A DNA stretch of 64,000 bases from an uncultured delta proteobacterium (GTDB taxonomy: Bacteria; Myxococcota_A; Polyangia; Polyangiales; Polyangiaceae): contig CAWKKR010000008.1 of assembly GCA_963850305.1 (NCBI GenBank), positions 1,344,001 to 1,408,000 of the forward strand, given 5' to 3'. The position numbers and the translations under genes were made by a program. Under the pieces are notes generated by a model, which did no database searches, had not been told where the DNA came from, and worked only from the letters and a program-made list of their open reading frames with translations. Shown here piece by piece: positions 1-8,753 of the stretch. Every line of letters starts with the position of its first letter. The stretch's first letter is position 1.

Positions 1-490
1 CCCGGGGGACCTTGGTCCCCCGCGGCTTGCTGCGCAACCGCTCCCCCAGCCGCCTTCGGCGGGCTCGCTCCGCTCGCAAGGGGGTCTTGACCCCCGCGGC
101 TTGCTCCGCGACCGCTGCCTTGTCCCGGGGGACCTTGGTCCCCCGCGGCTTGCTGCGCAACCGCTCCCCCAGCCGCCTTCGGCGGGCTCGCTCCGCTCGC
201 AAGGGGGTCTTGACCCCCGCGGCTTGCTCCGCGCCCGCTGCCTTGTCCCGGGGGACCTTGGTCCCCCGCGGCTCGCTCCGCGACCGCTCCCCCAGCCGCC
301 TTCGGCGGGCTCGCTATGCTCGCAAGGGGGTCTTGACCCCCGCGGCTTGCTTCGTAACCGCTGCCTTGTCCCGGGGGACCTTGGTCCCCCGCGGCTTGTT
401 TCGCAACCGCTCCCCCAGCCGCCTTCGGCGGGCTCGCTATGCTCGCAAGGGGGCTTGCCAGCCTTGCCCCCGCGGCTCGCTCCGCTCGCG
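1..490. repeat. Tandem array of ~4 x 123-bp palindromic REP-like units (runs off the window start)
   Basis: CCCGGGGGACCTTGGTCCCCC recurs at 1, 124, 247 and 370. Each unit holds two G5...C5 hairpins, two GCGGCTYGCTNCGYRACCGC-type cores and a CCGCCTTCGGCGG hairpin. Confidence 0.92.
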
Positions 491-641
491 TAGTTCTGCA
501 GCTCTTTGATCCCTTGGGGGCGACGCTGCTCGTCGATGCGGAACTGCTGCGCTTGCGGCGCTAAGCATCGTTGGGGGTCCAACGGTTCTTTGGCGAGGTG
601 TCCCGCGTGAGAGGCGCCGCGCGCGCGGGCGGCAGGCGACC

Positions 642-709
642 GGGTGAGTGATCGAGTGGGTGCATGGGTGAGTGAGTGCGTGAGTGCGTGAGTGCGTGGG
701 TGCATGGGT
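642..709. repeat. Degenerate tetranucleotide repeat, 17 units (GGGT/GAGT/GCGT/GCAT, one GATC)
   Basis: Read directly: gggt gagt gatc gagt gggt gcat gggt gagt gagt gcgt gagt gcgt gagt gcgt gggt gcat gggt. Confidence 0.8.
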
Positions 710-754
710 GGCCAGCTGAGAAAGTTTGGCTGTTACGGAAAAAAAACTTAACGT

Positions 755-770
755 CGGCACGAAGTTGGCG
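755..770 (+). promoter_or_regulatory. Possible sigma54 -24/-12 promoter of the OmpA operon
   Basis: CGGCACGAAGTTGGC has GG at 756-757 and GC at 768-769 (correct 12-bp spacing). A-tract upstream; ATG at 793. Imperfect consensus. Confidence 0.35.
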
Positions 771-792
771 GATGTTTGAAGGCTCGAACCCA

Positions 793-2229
793 ATGCGAGC
801 CGCCGTTTCTCTCGCCGCCGCAGTCGTCATCCTCTCGGGAACCGGGCCCGCGCGGGCCGAGCAGGTGCGCGTCCACGGGATCCTCGACGTCGCTCACGCG
901 GTCGGCGGTTATCAGGATCGCGAGCTGTCCTTCGGGGCCGCGGGGCTCGTCGCGATCGAAGTGCCCTTTTTCCGGAAGCTCGGCGGTGAAGTCGAGGTTG
1001 GGACGTTGCTCCTCGCCAAGGGCGACAATCCCAAGGATCCGACACTGAAGCCCGATGACGGAGCGAACGCGATCTTCGGAGCCGTGGGCATTCAAGCTCG
1101 TCCCTTCGTCACGAACGATCCGACCGAGATCGGTCCGCTCACCGGGATCTGGGCGTCGGCGCATGCCGGGGCCTCGACGACGGGCGGTCTGTTCCGTGCG
1201 ACCGTGGACCTACATGGGGGCTACGACCTCCCGATAGAACGCGGACGATACTGGCTCGGCCCGACGGTGGGTCTCATTCACGTCTTTCAATCGGATGCCG
1301 AGCTTCGCCCGGAGGATGCGAACGTGTTCGTCATCGGAGTGCACGGCATGTTCGACAGCGCGCCGCTCCTCGCGCCGGATCGAGACGGGGACGGCATCAT
1401 CGACCGCCTCGATCGCTGCCCGGACGTTCCGGAGGATCGCGACGGGTTCGAGGACGCGGATGGCTGTCCCGATCTCGACAACGACAAGGACGGGATCCCC
1501 GACGCGAAGGACAAGTGCCCCGATCAGCCCGAAGATTTCGACGGGTTCGAGGACGCGGATGGCTGTCCCGATCTCGACAACGACAAGGACGGGATCCCCG
1601 ACGCGAAGGACAAGTGCCCGAACGATCCCGAAGACTTCGACGGTTTCCAGGACGAGGACGGTTGCCCGGACCCCGACAACGACCATGACGGCATCCCCGA
1701 CAAGGAGGATCTCTGTCCGAACGAACCCGAAACCAAGAACGGGTACGCCGACGAAGACGGCTGCCCCGATGAAGATCAGGTGCGCGTCGTCGGCGAGAAG
1801 ATCGTCCTCGACGATCGCGTGCACTTCGAACAAAATAACTCGATCATCCGCGAGATCAGCTTCCCGCTGCTCGAGCGGCTCTCGAAGCTCCTGCGGGATC
1901 ACCCGGAGTACGTGCACATCGAAGTCCAGGGATACACGGACCAGAAGGGCAACGCGGCCTTCAACGAGAAACTCAGCGCGGACCGCGCGACGAGCGTCGT
2001 CGAGTTCCTGGTGCGGCGCGGGGGCATCGCTCGCGGCCGTCTCAGCGCCGTCGGTTTCGGGTCCAGCAATCCCGTCGTCGACAAGACGACCCAGCACGCG
2101 CTGTTCCTCAACCGACGCGTGGAGTTCGTCATCACCCGAGCCGTTCGTGCCGGAGCGGTCTCACCGGCGGCGCAGCCTGCGCCCGACTCGTCGAAGCCGC
2201 CCGCGGGAACGGAGGAGCGCACGCCATGA
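793..2229 (+). CDS. OmpA family protein: signal peptide, beta-barrel-like N-terminus, thrombospondin type 3 repeats, OmpA C-terminal domain
   Basis: MRAAVSLAAAVV... signal; repeated DxDxDGIPDxxDKCP / DGFEDADGCP; C-terminal IEVQGYTD...NEKLSADRA...NRRVEF. Confidence 0.9.
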   Translation: MRAAVSLAAAVVILSGTGPARAEQVRVHGILDVAHAVGGYQDRELSFGAAGLVAIEVPFFRKLGGEVEVGTLLLAKGDNPKDPTLKPDDGANAIFGAVGIQARPFVTNDPTEIGPLTGIWASAHAGASTTGGLFRATVDLHGGYDLPIERGRYWLGPTVGLIHVFQSDAELRPEDANVFVIGVHGMFDSAPLLAPDRDGDGIIDRLDRCPDVPEDRDGFEDADGCPDLDNDKDGIPDAKDKCPDQPEDFDGFEDADGCPDLDNDKDGIPDAKDKCPNDPEDFDGFQDEDGCPDPDNDHDGIPDKEDLCPNEPETKNGYADEDGCPDEDQVRVVGEKIVLDDRVHFEQNNSIIREISFPLLERLSKLLRDHPEYVHIEVQGYTDQKGNAAFNEKLSADRATSVVEFLVRRGGIARGRLSAVGFGSSNPVVDKTTQHALFLNRRVEFVITRAVRAGAVSPAAQPAPDSSKPPAGTEERTP

Positions 2230-3713
2230 CGTTCGCGCGCGCCTGGGTCATCGCGGCCTTGATGGTGGCCGCTGCCGGAATGCCCATGGGGTGCAGCAGC
2301 GGCGTCGTGGGCGGCGATTGCAGGTCCGGGTACATCGAGTGTCATGGGCGATGCCTCGACCCCTCGGCGGATCCCTCGAACTGCGGCGATTGCGACAACG
2401 CCTGCACGTCGGGCGAATGCGTGAGCGGTCAGTGCACCACCGTCGTCGATGCGTCCACGGGCGGCGCCGGAGGTTCGTCCAGTCTCGACGGAGGTAGCGG
2501 CGGCACGTCTGGCGCTTCGGCGGGCGGAAGTGGCGGCTCCGGTGGCGCTCTCACGGAGGCCGGGGCCGGCGCGGGAGGCACAGATGCCGGACGCGGTGGT
2601 GCAGGAGGCGTCGATGCCGGACGCGGTGGTGCAGGAGGCACCGGTGCGGGCGGCACTCACGACGGCGGTTCCTCGGGTGGCACTCGCGACGCGGGTTCCT
2701 CGGGTGGCGGCGATGCTTCAGTGTCGTCGGGTGGCAGCAGCGGCGCGCTGGACGGCTCACCCGGCGGCGCGGCGAACGACGCCGGCTCGACGGCAGACGG
2801 GGGATGCCAGCCGCCCTTCGAAACCCCCGAAAACTGCGGCGCTTGTAACGTGAAGTGTGGGTCGGCCACGCCGCTGTGTGCGCCCTCGGGCGCGAGCTTC
2901 GCGTGCACCTCGGCGTGCGTTTCACCGCTCGTCGAGTGCCGCAATCAGTGCGTGGACACGGACAACGACCAGAACAATTGCGGTCGCTGCGGTCATCGCT
3001 GCGTGTCGGGCCTTTGCCAGAGCGGCACGTGCGTGGGGGCCACGGCCGGTCACGAGGTGCTCTTCTGCATGGATTACCGGAGCGTGGCGGCGACCGGCAG
3101 CTCCCCGGAGCAACTCCTCGAAAACGCCGTGTTCCTCGGCTCGAAGAACCCCGTCGCGATCCTCTCGTACGGCCAGTACGCGCCGTCCTCGGTGATCACC
3201 GCGGTCGGCAAGACGCTCGACAACGCGGCCGCGGCGCGCGCGCGTTCGTACACGCTCACCAAGGCTGCGACCAGCGCGGAGGTCGTGAGCGAGCTCAGCA
3301 TCCTCGATTACGATCTGCTCCTCGTGTACGACGAGCCGAATGCGCCCGCGGGGATGCTCGGCCAGATCGGAACCTCGTGGGCTTCCGCCGTGGACTCCTT
3401 CACGCGCTCCGGTGGCGCGGTCGTCGTGCTCGCCGGGGACGGTGGTCGCGCCGAGATGCTCGATCTCGTCGTGAACGCGGGTCTCTTCACCATGACGGGC
3501 CAGACCAGCGTCACGAATGCGCAACTCTACGACCGTGCGCCCGGGGACGCCGTGGGCATCAATGTCCTGAGCCCTTTCCGCGCGCCGCTCGAGACGTGCA
3601 CGTTCACCGGCACCGTCCCGGATGCCACGACCTCGTACGTCGTCACCGACACGGCGGCTACGGCGGGCTCCCTCGGGAACCCGGTCGTCCTGCACCGGGT
3701 CGTCTCACCGTGA
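2226..3713 (+). CDS. Myxobacterial Cys-rich lipoprotein (Stig1-like DPxNCGxC repeats, Gly-rich linker, alpha/beta C-terminal domain)
   Basis: Lipobox-like MGC; motifs CLDPSADPSNCGDC, PENCGAC, CVDTDNDQNNCGRC; ATGA overlap with the upstream stop. Confidence 0.8.
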   Translation: MTFARAWVIAALMVAAAGMPMGCSSGVVGGDCRSGYIECHGRCLDPSADPSNCGDCDNACTSGECVSGQCTTVVDASTGGAGGSSSLDGGSGGTSGASAGGSGGSGGALTEAGAGAGGTDAGRGGAGGVDAGRGGAGGTGAGGTHDGGSSGGTRDAGSSGGGDASVSSGGSSGALDGSPGGAANDAGSTADGGCQPPFETPENCGACNVKCGSATPLCAPSGASFACTSACVSPLVECRNQCVDTDNDQNNCGRCGHRCVSGLCQSGTCVGATAGHEVLFCMDYRSVAATGSSPEQLLENAVFLGSKNPVAILSYGQYAPSSVITAVGKTLDNAAAARARSYTLTKAATSAEVVSELSILDYDLLLVYDEPNAPAGMLGQIGTSWASAVDSFTRSGGAVVVLAGDGGRAEMLDLVVNAGLFTMTGQTSVTNAQLYDRAPGDAVGINVLSPFRAPLETCTFTGTVPDATTSYVVTDTAATAGSLGNPVVLHRVVSP

Positions 3714-3714
3714 G

Positions 3715-4524
3715 TCAGGCGCGCTTCGCGGCCTCCAGCGCGTTGCCATAGACGGCGGCGAGACGTCCCGCGAGAAACTTGCGCGGAATGACGCCCATGA
3801 GCGCCGTACCCGTGCGCATGAAGACGCCCGGCACGTGCAGGTAACGCCGGCGCGCAAAGCCGTCGATGGCCTCCTCTGCGCACTTGTCGGCGGGCATCAA
3901 CCATCCGCCGAGCGCGCGGAACCGCTTGGTCGACGTCATCTCCGTGCGGATGCCGCCGGGAACGAACGTCGTGATCGACACGTTGCGTCCACGCGTCTCG
4001 TGATAGAGCCCGCACCCGAAGTTCACGAGGAACGCCTTCGTCGCCGAGTATGCCGTCTGATAGGGTACGGGCGTGATGCCCGACATGCTCGAGACGAGCA
4101 TCACGCCGCCGCCCTCGCCGCGCTGCTCGAGGTAGGGAAGGAGCCGCGTAGTCGAGCGAACGACGCCCGTGACATTCGTCGCCAGCATCGTCTGAAAGTC
4201 TTCCCAGGCAAGCTCCTGATACTCGCCGAAGTGGGTGATGCCGGCGTTGAGGATGGCCGCGTAGATCGTGTGGTTCGCCGTGGCCTGGTCGAAGACTCGG
4301 TCCACCTCCTCCAGACGCGACAGGTCGGCGGCGATCGGTTCGATCTTCGCGGTCGACGTCGATTCGATCTCGCGCTTCAGCTCTTCCAGGCGTTCGAGCC
4401 GGCGTGCGACGGGGATCACGTTGGCGCCGTGGTCGCGGGCGAGCACCTTCGTCATTTCCCACCCGAGCCCCGAAGACGCGCCGGTCACGATCACCCAGCG
4501 CGAACGAAAATCCATCCGATCCAT
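3715..4524 (-). CDS. SDR family oxidoreductase
   Basis: TGASSGLG, NAG and YSATK motifs. Confidence 0.92.
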   Translation of the reverse strand: MDRMDFRSRWVIVTGASSGLGWEMTKVLARDHGANVIPVARRLERLEELKREIESTSTAKIEPIAADLSRLEEVDRVFDQATANHTIYAAILNAGITHFGEYQELAWEDFQTMLATNVTGVVRSTTRLLPYLEQRGEGGGVMLVSSMSGITPVPYQTAYSATKAFLVNFGCGLYHETRGRNVSITTFVPGGIRTEMTSTKRFRALGGWLMPADKCAEEAIDGFARRRYLHVPGVFMRTGTALMGVIPRKFLAGRLAAVYGNALEAAKRA

Positions 4525-4602
4525 GCCCGCCTTCTAGCACCGCTCCCGGGGACCGGCTGACAAGGGCACCGGCGACGCTCCCCGGTTTCCGCGGTCGGAA
4601 GG

Positions 4603-5199
4603 CTATTGTTTGGCGCAATTCTGGAAAACGAATGTCCCTCGGCTCACGCACCCGGCGACGCTCGGGCAGCTGAAATTCGCGTACACGAGGCCTGGCGCCA
4701 GCGCTCGCGCGACGGCGGTGCACGTGAGGCCCGGTGGCGTCCCGGCATCCGGTGACACCACCGAGACGGTGACGGGGAACGACGCTCCCGACGCGGTGCC
4801 GTGGATCGCGACGATCGTTCCCTCGGACGTCACGCGTCCATCGACGACGAACGCCTCCTCGTTCATCACCTGACAGGTGACCTCGCCGTTGGTGCCGCTC
4901 ACGATGCCGTAGTCCTGCGAACCGCACTGGGACTTCACACCGCCGCACTCGCTGATCGCGTCGAAGGCGGCGAGTCCCCCCGGAAGACTCACGGGGCCGA
5001 ACGGCGCTGCGCAAGCTCCCCCATCTGCATCCGGCACGGTCTCGAACGCGATGGCCGCGGCCGCAGGACTCACGGTGCACGCCGGCGGGTTGCACATCGG
5101 TCCGCTCGTCTCGATCGGCGGTGCGGGCGCGGAACTGCCGGACGAGCACGCCAGCACTTGCGACAGGGTCGCGATCATGGCGAGCACGCCGGATTTCAT
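4603..5199 (-). CDS. Hypothetical Cys-containing lipoprotein
   Basis: Signal ending VLAC-SS; start overlaps the stop of the ABC1 kinase gene. Confidence 0.65.
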   Translation of the reverse strand: MKSGVLAMIATLSQVLACSSGSSAPAPPIETSGPMCNPPACTVSPAAAAIAFETVPDADGGACAAPFGPVSLPGGLAAFDAISECGGVKSQCGSQDYGIVSGTNGEVTCQVMNEEAFVVDGRVTSEGTIVAIHGTASGASFPVTVSVVSPDAGTPPGLTCTAVARALAPGLVYANFSCPSVAGCVSRGTFVFQNCAKQ

Positions 5200-6542
5200 G
5201 CCGAGCCGTCCGCTTTCTGTCCGCCCGCCTCTGCCTGGCGGGCAAAGCTCCTGAGCATCGCCTTGGCCGCGACCGGGCCGGCCACGCCCGGCAGGCCCGC
5301 CTTCGGCGCGAGCTGGCCGACGAGACCGAACAGCAGCACCAGCGTGCGTTCGACGTAGAAGTAGCCGTCCGGGTATTCGACGTGGCTCATGATCTCCCGC
5401 AGCCGCCCGCGGACCTGCTGAAATCCGGAGAGCTTCTCCATCTCACCGCGGTCGATCTTCGAAAAATCCTCGATACGGATGTTGGCGAGCACCTTCAGGT
5501 ACTCCCGTCCGACGCGGCGCAGGAGCTCGCGATCGCCGCCCTCCGCGACGAAGCCCATGCGCTCCAGGCCGGCGAGAATCTGATCCGCATCGCGCGACAG
5601 ACCGCCGGTGACGACTGCCAGCATCCCTTCGGCGAGCGCGAGCGTCACTTCCTCGACCGCGCCGAAGTCGAGGATCACGAGCTTCGGTCCCGTTCGCACG
5701 AGGAAGTTCCCGGGGTGTGGATCCGCATGAAACACCCGGTGCTCGAGCAGCATCGCGTAGTAACACTCGACGAGGAGCCGCGCGATCGCGTCTCGATCGA
5801 TGCCCGCGGCGTCGATCGCGTCGAAGTCCGTGATCTTGATCCCCTCCTCGAAGCTCATCGTGAGCACGCTCCGGCTCGTGAGCTCGTCGATGACTTCCGG
5901 GATGACGACCTCCGGTTGACCGGCGAAGATGGAACGGATGCGTTCGATGTTGCGTCGCTCTTGCGAGTAATCCGTTTCACGCGCGAGCATCGCCGACAGC
6001 TGATCGAGCACGCGACCGAGCCGCCCGATCGGCACGAGCCGCTTCGCGAACGGCAGAATGGCGCGCAGCACCCCCAGATCGCGGCGGATGAGCGCCTCGA
6101 TTCCGGGATAGAGGACCTTGACGGCGACGGGACGTCCATCGCGCGTCGTCCCCCGGTGAACCTGGGCGAGCGACGCCGCGGCGATGGGCTCGCGCTCGAG
6201 CGAACCGAAGCGCGCGATCGCGTCCGGACCGAGGGCTTCCCGGAGCCGCCCTTCGATTTCCGGGAACGGGCGTGGCGGGACCTGGTCCTGGAGGCGTGCG
6301 AGGGCGACGCCGTAGGCCGTCGGCAGGAAGCCGCCGAGCACGCTCAGCACCTGCCCCATCTTGATGAAGACCCCGCGGAGCTCCGTGAATCCGTTGGCTA
6401 GTCGGTTCGCGTTTTTCTGGTGCACGCGTTCGAGGCGTCGTGCGGCGCGGGCTCGGCCGAGGAGCTTCGAAAGGAGGTAGTGCGAGCCATACGAGGTGAA
6501 GAGGACGACGAAGAGCCACAATGCTCGGAGCGAACGGATCAC
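5196..6542 (-). CDS. AarF/ABC1/UbiB family atypical kinase
   Basis: FIKMGQ (KxGQ), AAASLAQVH, VAVKV, FHADPHPGN, LDFG. GTG start at 6542 is inferred. Confidence 0.92.
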   Translation of the reverse strand: MIRSLRALWLFVVLFTSYGSHYLLSKLLGRARAARRLERVHQKNANRLANGFTELRGVFIKMGQVLSVLGGFLPTAYGVALARLQDQVPPRPFPEIEGRLREALGPDAIARFGSLEREPIAAASLAQVHRGTTRDGRPVAVKVLYPGIEALIRRDLGVLRAILPFAKRLVPIGRLGRVLDQLSAMLARETDYSQERRNIERIRSIFAGQPEVVIPEVIDELTSRSVLTMSFEEGIKITDFDAIDAAGIDRDAIARLLVECYYAMLLEHRVFHADPHPGNFLVRTGPKLVILDFGAVEEVTLALAEGMLAVVTGGLSRDADQILAGLERMGFVAEGGDRELLRRVGREYLKVLANIRIEDFSKIDRGEMEKLSGFQQVRGRLREIMSHVEYPDGYFYVERTLVLLFGLVGQLAPKAGLPGVAGPVAAKAMLRSFARQAEAGGQKADGSA

Positions 6543-6596
6543 TTCCGGCGAGCCTAGCGCCGATCGGTCGCGTTCACTATAAGCGGGCAGGCGAAG

Positions 6597-7091
6597 ATGT
6601 CGGACGATCCACCTTCCACGTCCGAGGCCGTGCCGGCCGACCCGAAGACGCAGGTCGCCGAGGCCTTGACGGTGCACGTGCCGCACAACCGCGCACTCGG
6701 ACTTCGGTTCATCGAGTACCGGGACGGCAGGGTGACGGTCGGACTGCCGTACAGCGAACGGCTCGTGGGCAATCCACTGACCCGCGTGCTCCACGGGGGC
6801 GCCATCACCGCATTGATGGACGCGACCTGCGGCACGGCCGTTTTCATGCGACTCCGCGAGCCAGCTCCCATCGCAACCCTCGATCTACGGATCGATTATC
6901 TGCGACCCGCCACGCCGGATCTGGAAGTGTACGCGCGCGCGGAGTGCTTCCGTGTGACGCACCACGTCGCGTTCGTTCGCTGCGAGACCTTTCATCCCGG
7001 GGCCGAGTCGGACCTGGTTGCCGTCGCCAACGGGACGTTCATCATTTCGCGCGATCGCACCTTCAGTGGGCGCAAGAGAAACAAATCGTGA
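6597..7091 (+). CDS. PaaI family thioesterase
   Basis: GNP...LHGGAITALMD; ATLDLRIDYLRPA. Confidence 0.9.
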   Translation: MSDDPPSTSEAVPADPKTQVAEALTVHVPHNRALGLRFIEYRDGRVTVGLPYSERLVGNPLTRVLHGGAITALMDATCGTAVFMRLREPAPIATLDLRIDYLRPATPDLEVYARAECFRVTHHVAFVRCETFHPGAESDLVAVANGTFIISRDRTFSGRKRNKS

Positions 7092-7534
7092 ATCCCCTGG
7101 CCGACATCATCCGGGCCGCGAAAGCCGCGAACGACCTCGAAGGGCTCGTGGCGGGAATTCCGTACCTGCAGTTCCTCGGCGTCTCCATGGGGTTCGAGAG
7201 CGGCGAGCTCGTGGGCAAGATGAAGTATTCCGATCCGCTGATCGGAAACACGATGTTGCCCGCCATCCACGGCGGCACCATCGGCGCCTTGCTCGAATCG
7301 ACCGCGGCCTTCCAGACGATGTGGGAAGTCGAGACGCTCTCGCTCCCGAAGATCGTCACCATCACGGTAGACTTTCTCCGACCAGGTCGCCCCGTGGACA
7401 CCTTCGCCAAGGCCACCATCACGAAGCACGGCCGTCGCGTCGTGAACGTCGGCATCGCGGCGTGGCAAGATGACCGCGCTCGCCCGATCGCGCGCGGGCA
7501 CGCGGCGTTTCTCGTGGAACCGACCGAGCCTTGA
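7088..7534 (+). CDS. PaaI family thioesterase (second of a tandem pair)
   Basis: GTGA overlap start; LIGN..LPAIHGGTIGALLE; ITVDFLRPG. Confidence 0.88.
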   Translation: MNPLADIIRAAKAANDLEGLVAGIPYLQFLGVSMGFESGELVGKMKYSDPLIGNTMLPAIHGGTIGALLESTAAFQTMWEVETLSLPKIVTITVDFLRPGRPVDTFAKATITKHGRRVVNVGIAAWQDDRARPIARGHAAFLVEPTEP

Positions 7535-7541
7535 GGACGGC

Positions 7542-8294
7542 GTGAAGGGTCGGATACTCGAGCTCGAGGAGACCGCCTTTCGAGCGTGGCCCGCCGCGGA
7601 CGTCGTCGATGAAGACGGCTGGCGCGTCCGCTTCACCCCGCTATCGAGCCACCGCGCGAACTCCGTCTGCGCCAATGCGTGCCGCGGGCGCCGCTCGCTC
7701 GACGACAGGATCGACGCGGTCGAGACGTTCTACGCAGCAAGGGGCGCTCCCGCGAGCTTTCAGATCTCGGCCGCCGCGGACCCGCCGGACCTGGACGGAC
7801 GACTCGCCGCCCGAGGCTACGACGTCTCGGTCGCCGCACTCGTGGAAACGATCGAGCTTTCCGAGTTTCGAATGCTCGGGCAACCCCCCGGAATTCTCAC
7901 GCGCGTCACGCCGTCGGCCGTCGAAGAGTGGTGCTCGCTCGCTGTCGAAGGCGGTCGCCATGCCGGACAGCGCGAAGCGTACCTGGGTCTCCTCGGTCGC
8001 ATCGGCGCACGCGCGGGGTTCGCAGTCGCGCGCAAGAAGGGTGTCCCTGTCGCGATCGGGCTCGGCGTTCTCGACGGCGAATGGCTCGGCGTCTTCGACA
8101 TGGCCACCGTGCCCGAGGCGAGGCGGCGGCGGGCGGCCACGGCAGTCCTCGGAGCGCTCGCGGCGTGGGGCTCGGCGCGTGGCGCGATGCGCGTGTATCT
8201 TCAGGTCGAGCGCGACAACACGCCGGGTCGCGCGCTGTACGAGTCGGCCGGCTTCCGGGAATCGTACCCGTATCATTTTCGCGAGAAGCGCTGA
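7542..8294 (+). CDS. GNAT family N-acetyltransferase
   Basis: AFRAWPA...RANS N-terminus; C-terminal TVPEARRRRAA / YLQVERDN..GRALYESAGF acetyl-CoA motifs. Confidence 0.88.
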   Translation: MKGRILELEETAFRAWPAADVVDEDGWRVRFTPLSSHRANSVCANACRGRRSLDDRIDAVETFYAARGAPASFQISAAADPPDLDGRLAARGYDVSVAALVETIELSEFRMLGQPPGILTRVTPSAVEEWCSLAVEGGRHAGQREAYLGLLGRIGARAGFAVARKKGVPVAIGLGVLDGEWLGVFDMATVPEARRRRAATAVLGALAAWGSARGAMRVYLQVERDNTPGRALYESAGFRESYPYHFREKR

Positions 8295-8753
8295 CGAGAC
8301 CGGTCTCACGGCGCCACGCAACCGAACTCGGTCGTACTGCCTGGAGGCGGAAAAGTTCCGCTTCTGGTAGTGCAGCGAGCCCATTCCGGCCGCCTCGAAC
8401 CGTCGGCGTCATCGAAAGTGGGAGCTTCGTGACACGCGCCGAGCGGCGCTTCGCCCGCAGGGGCGACATTTCGATCGCCGAGTGCAAATGCTATGGTTCA
8501 CCCTAGTGCAGGGGTATTCGACGGGTTCGCGGCGGACGAGTGCGAAGCGTCCGAGGACTCTCGCGGTCGACGACGGGACGGCGCTTCATCGGGTTTCCGG
8601 GTGCCACGAGATGGACGAGAAGACTCGCAACCTCGGGCGGCGCGCGCCGTTGCGGCGCCGATGACCGAGGGACCTCGGGGCCGGCGAGGGCGCGGCACCG
8701 TCGAGCCCGAGCGCTCGGTCGCATCGGGCCGGAAGAAGCGCGAGGGCCAGCCG

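Noticed and set aside
1..490. CRISPR array interpretation (also for 17641-17866)
   Set aside because: No unique spacers between repeats and no cas genes in the window.
12..509. ORFs 12-509 and 101-493 with 41-aa repeats
   Set aside because: By-product of a 123-bp (multiple of 3) GC-rich palindromic repeat; the same element occurs intergenically at 17.6 kb with non-triplet periods.
1441..1620. Near-perfect 99-bp-period DNA duplication
   Set aside because: Encodes ordinary TSP3 repeats inside the OmpA gene.
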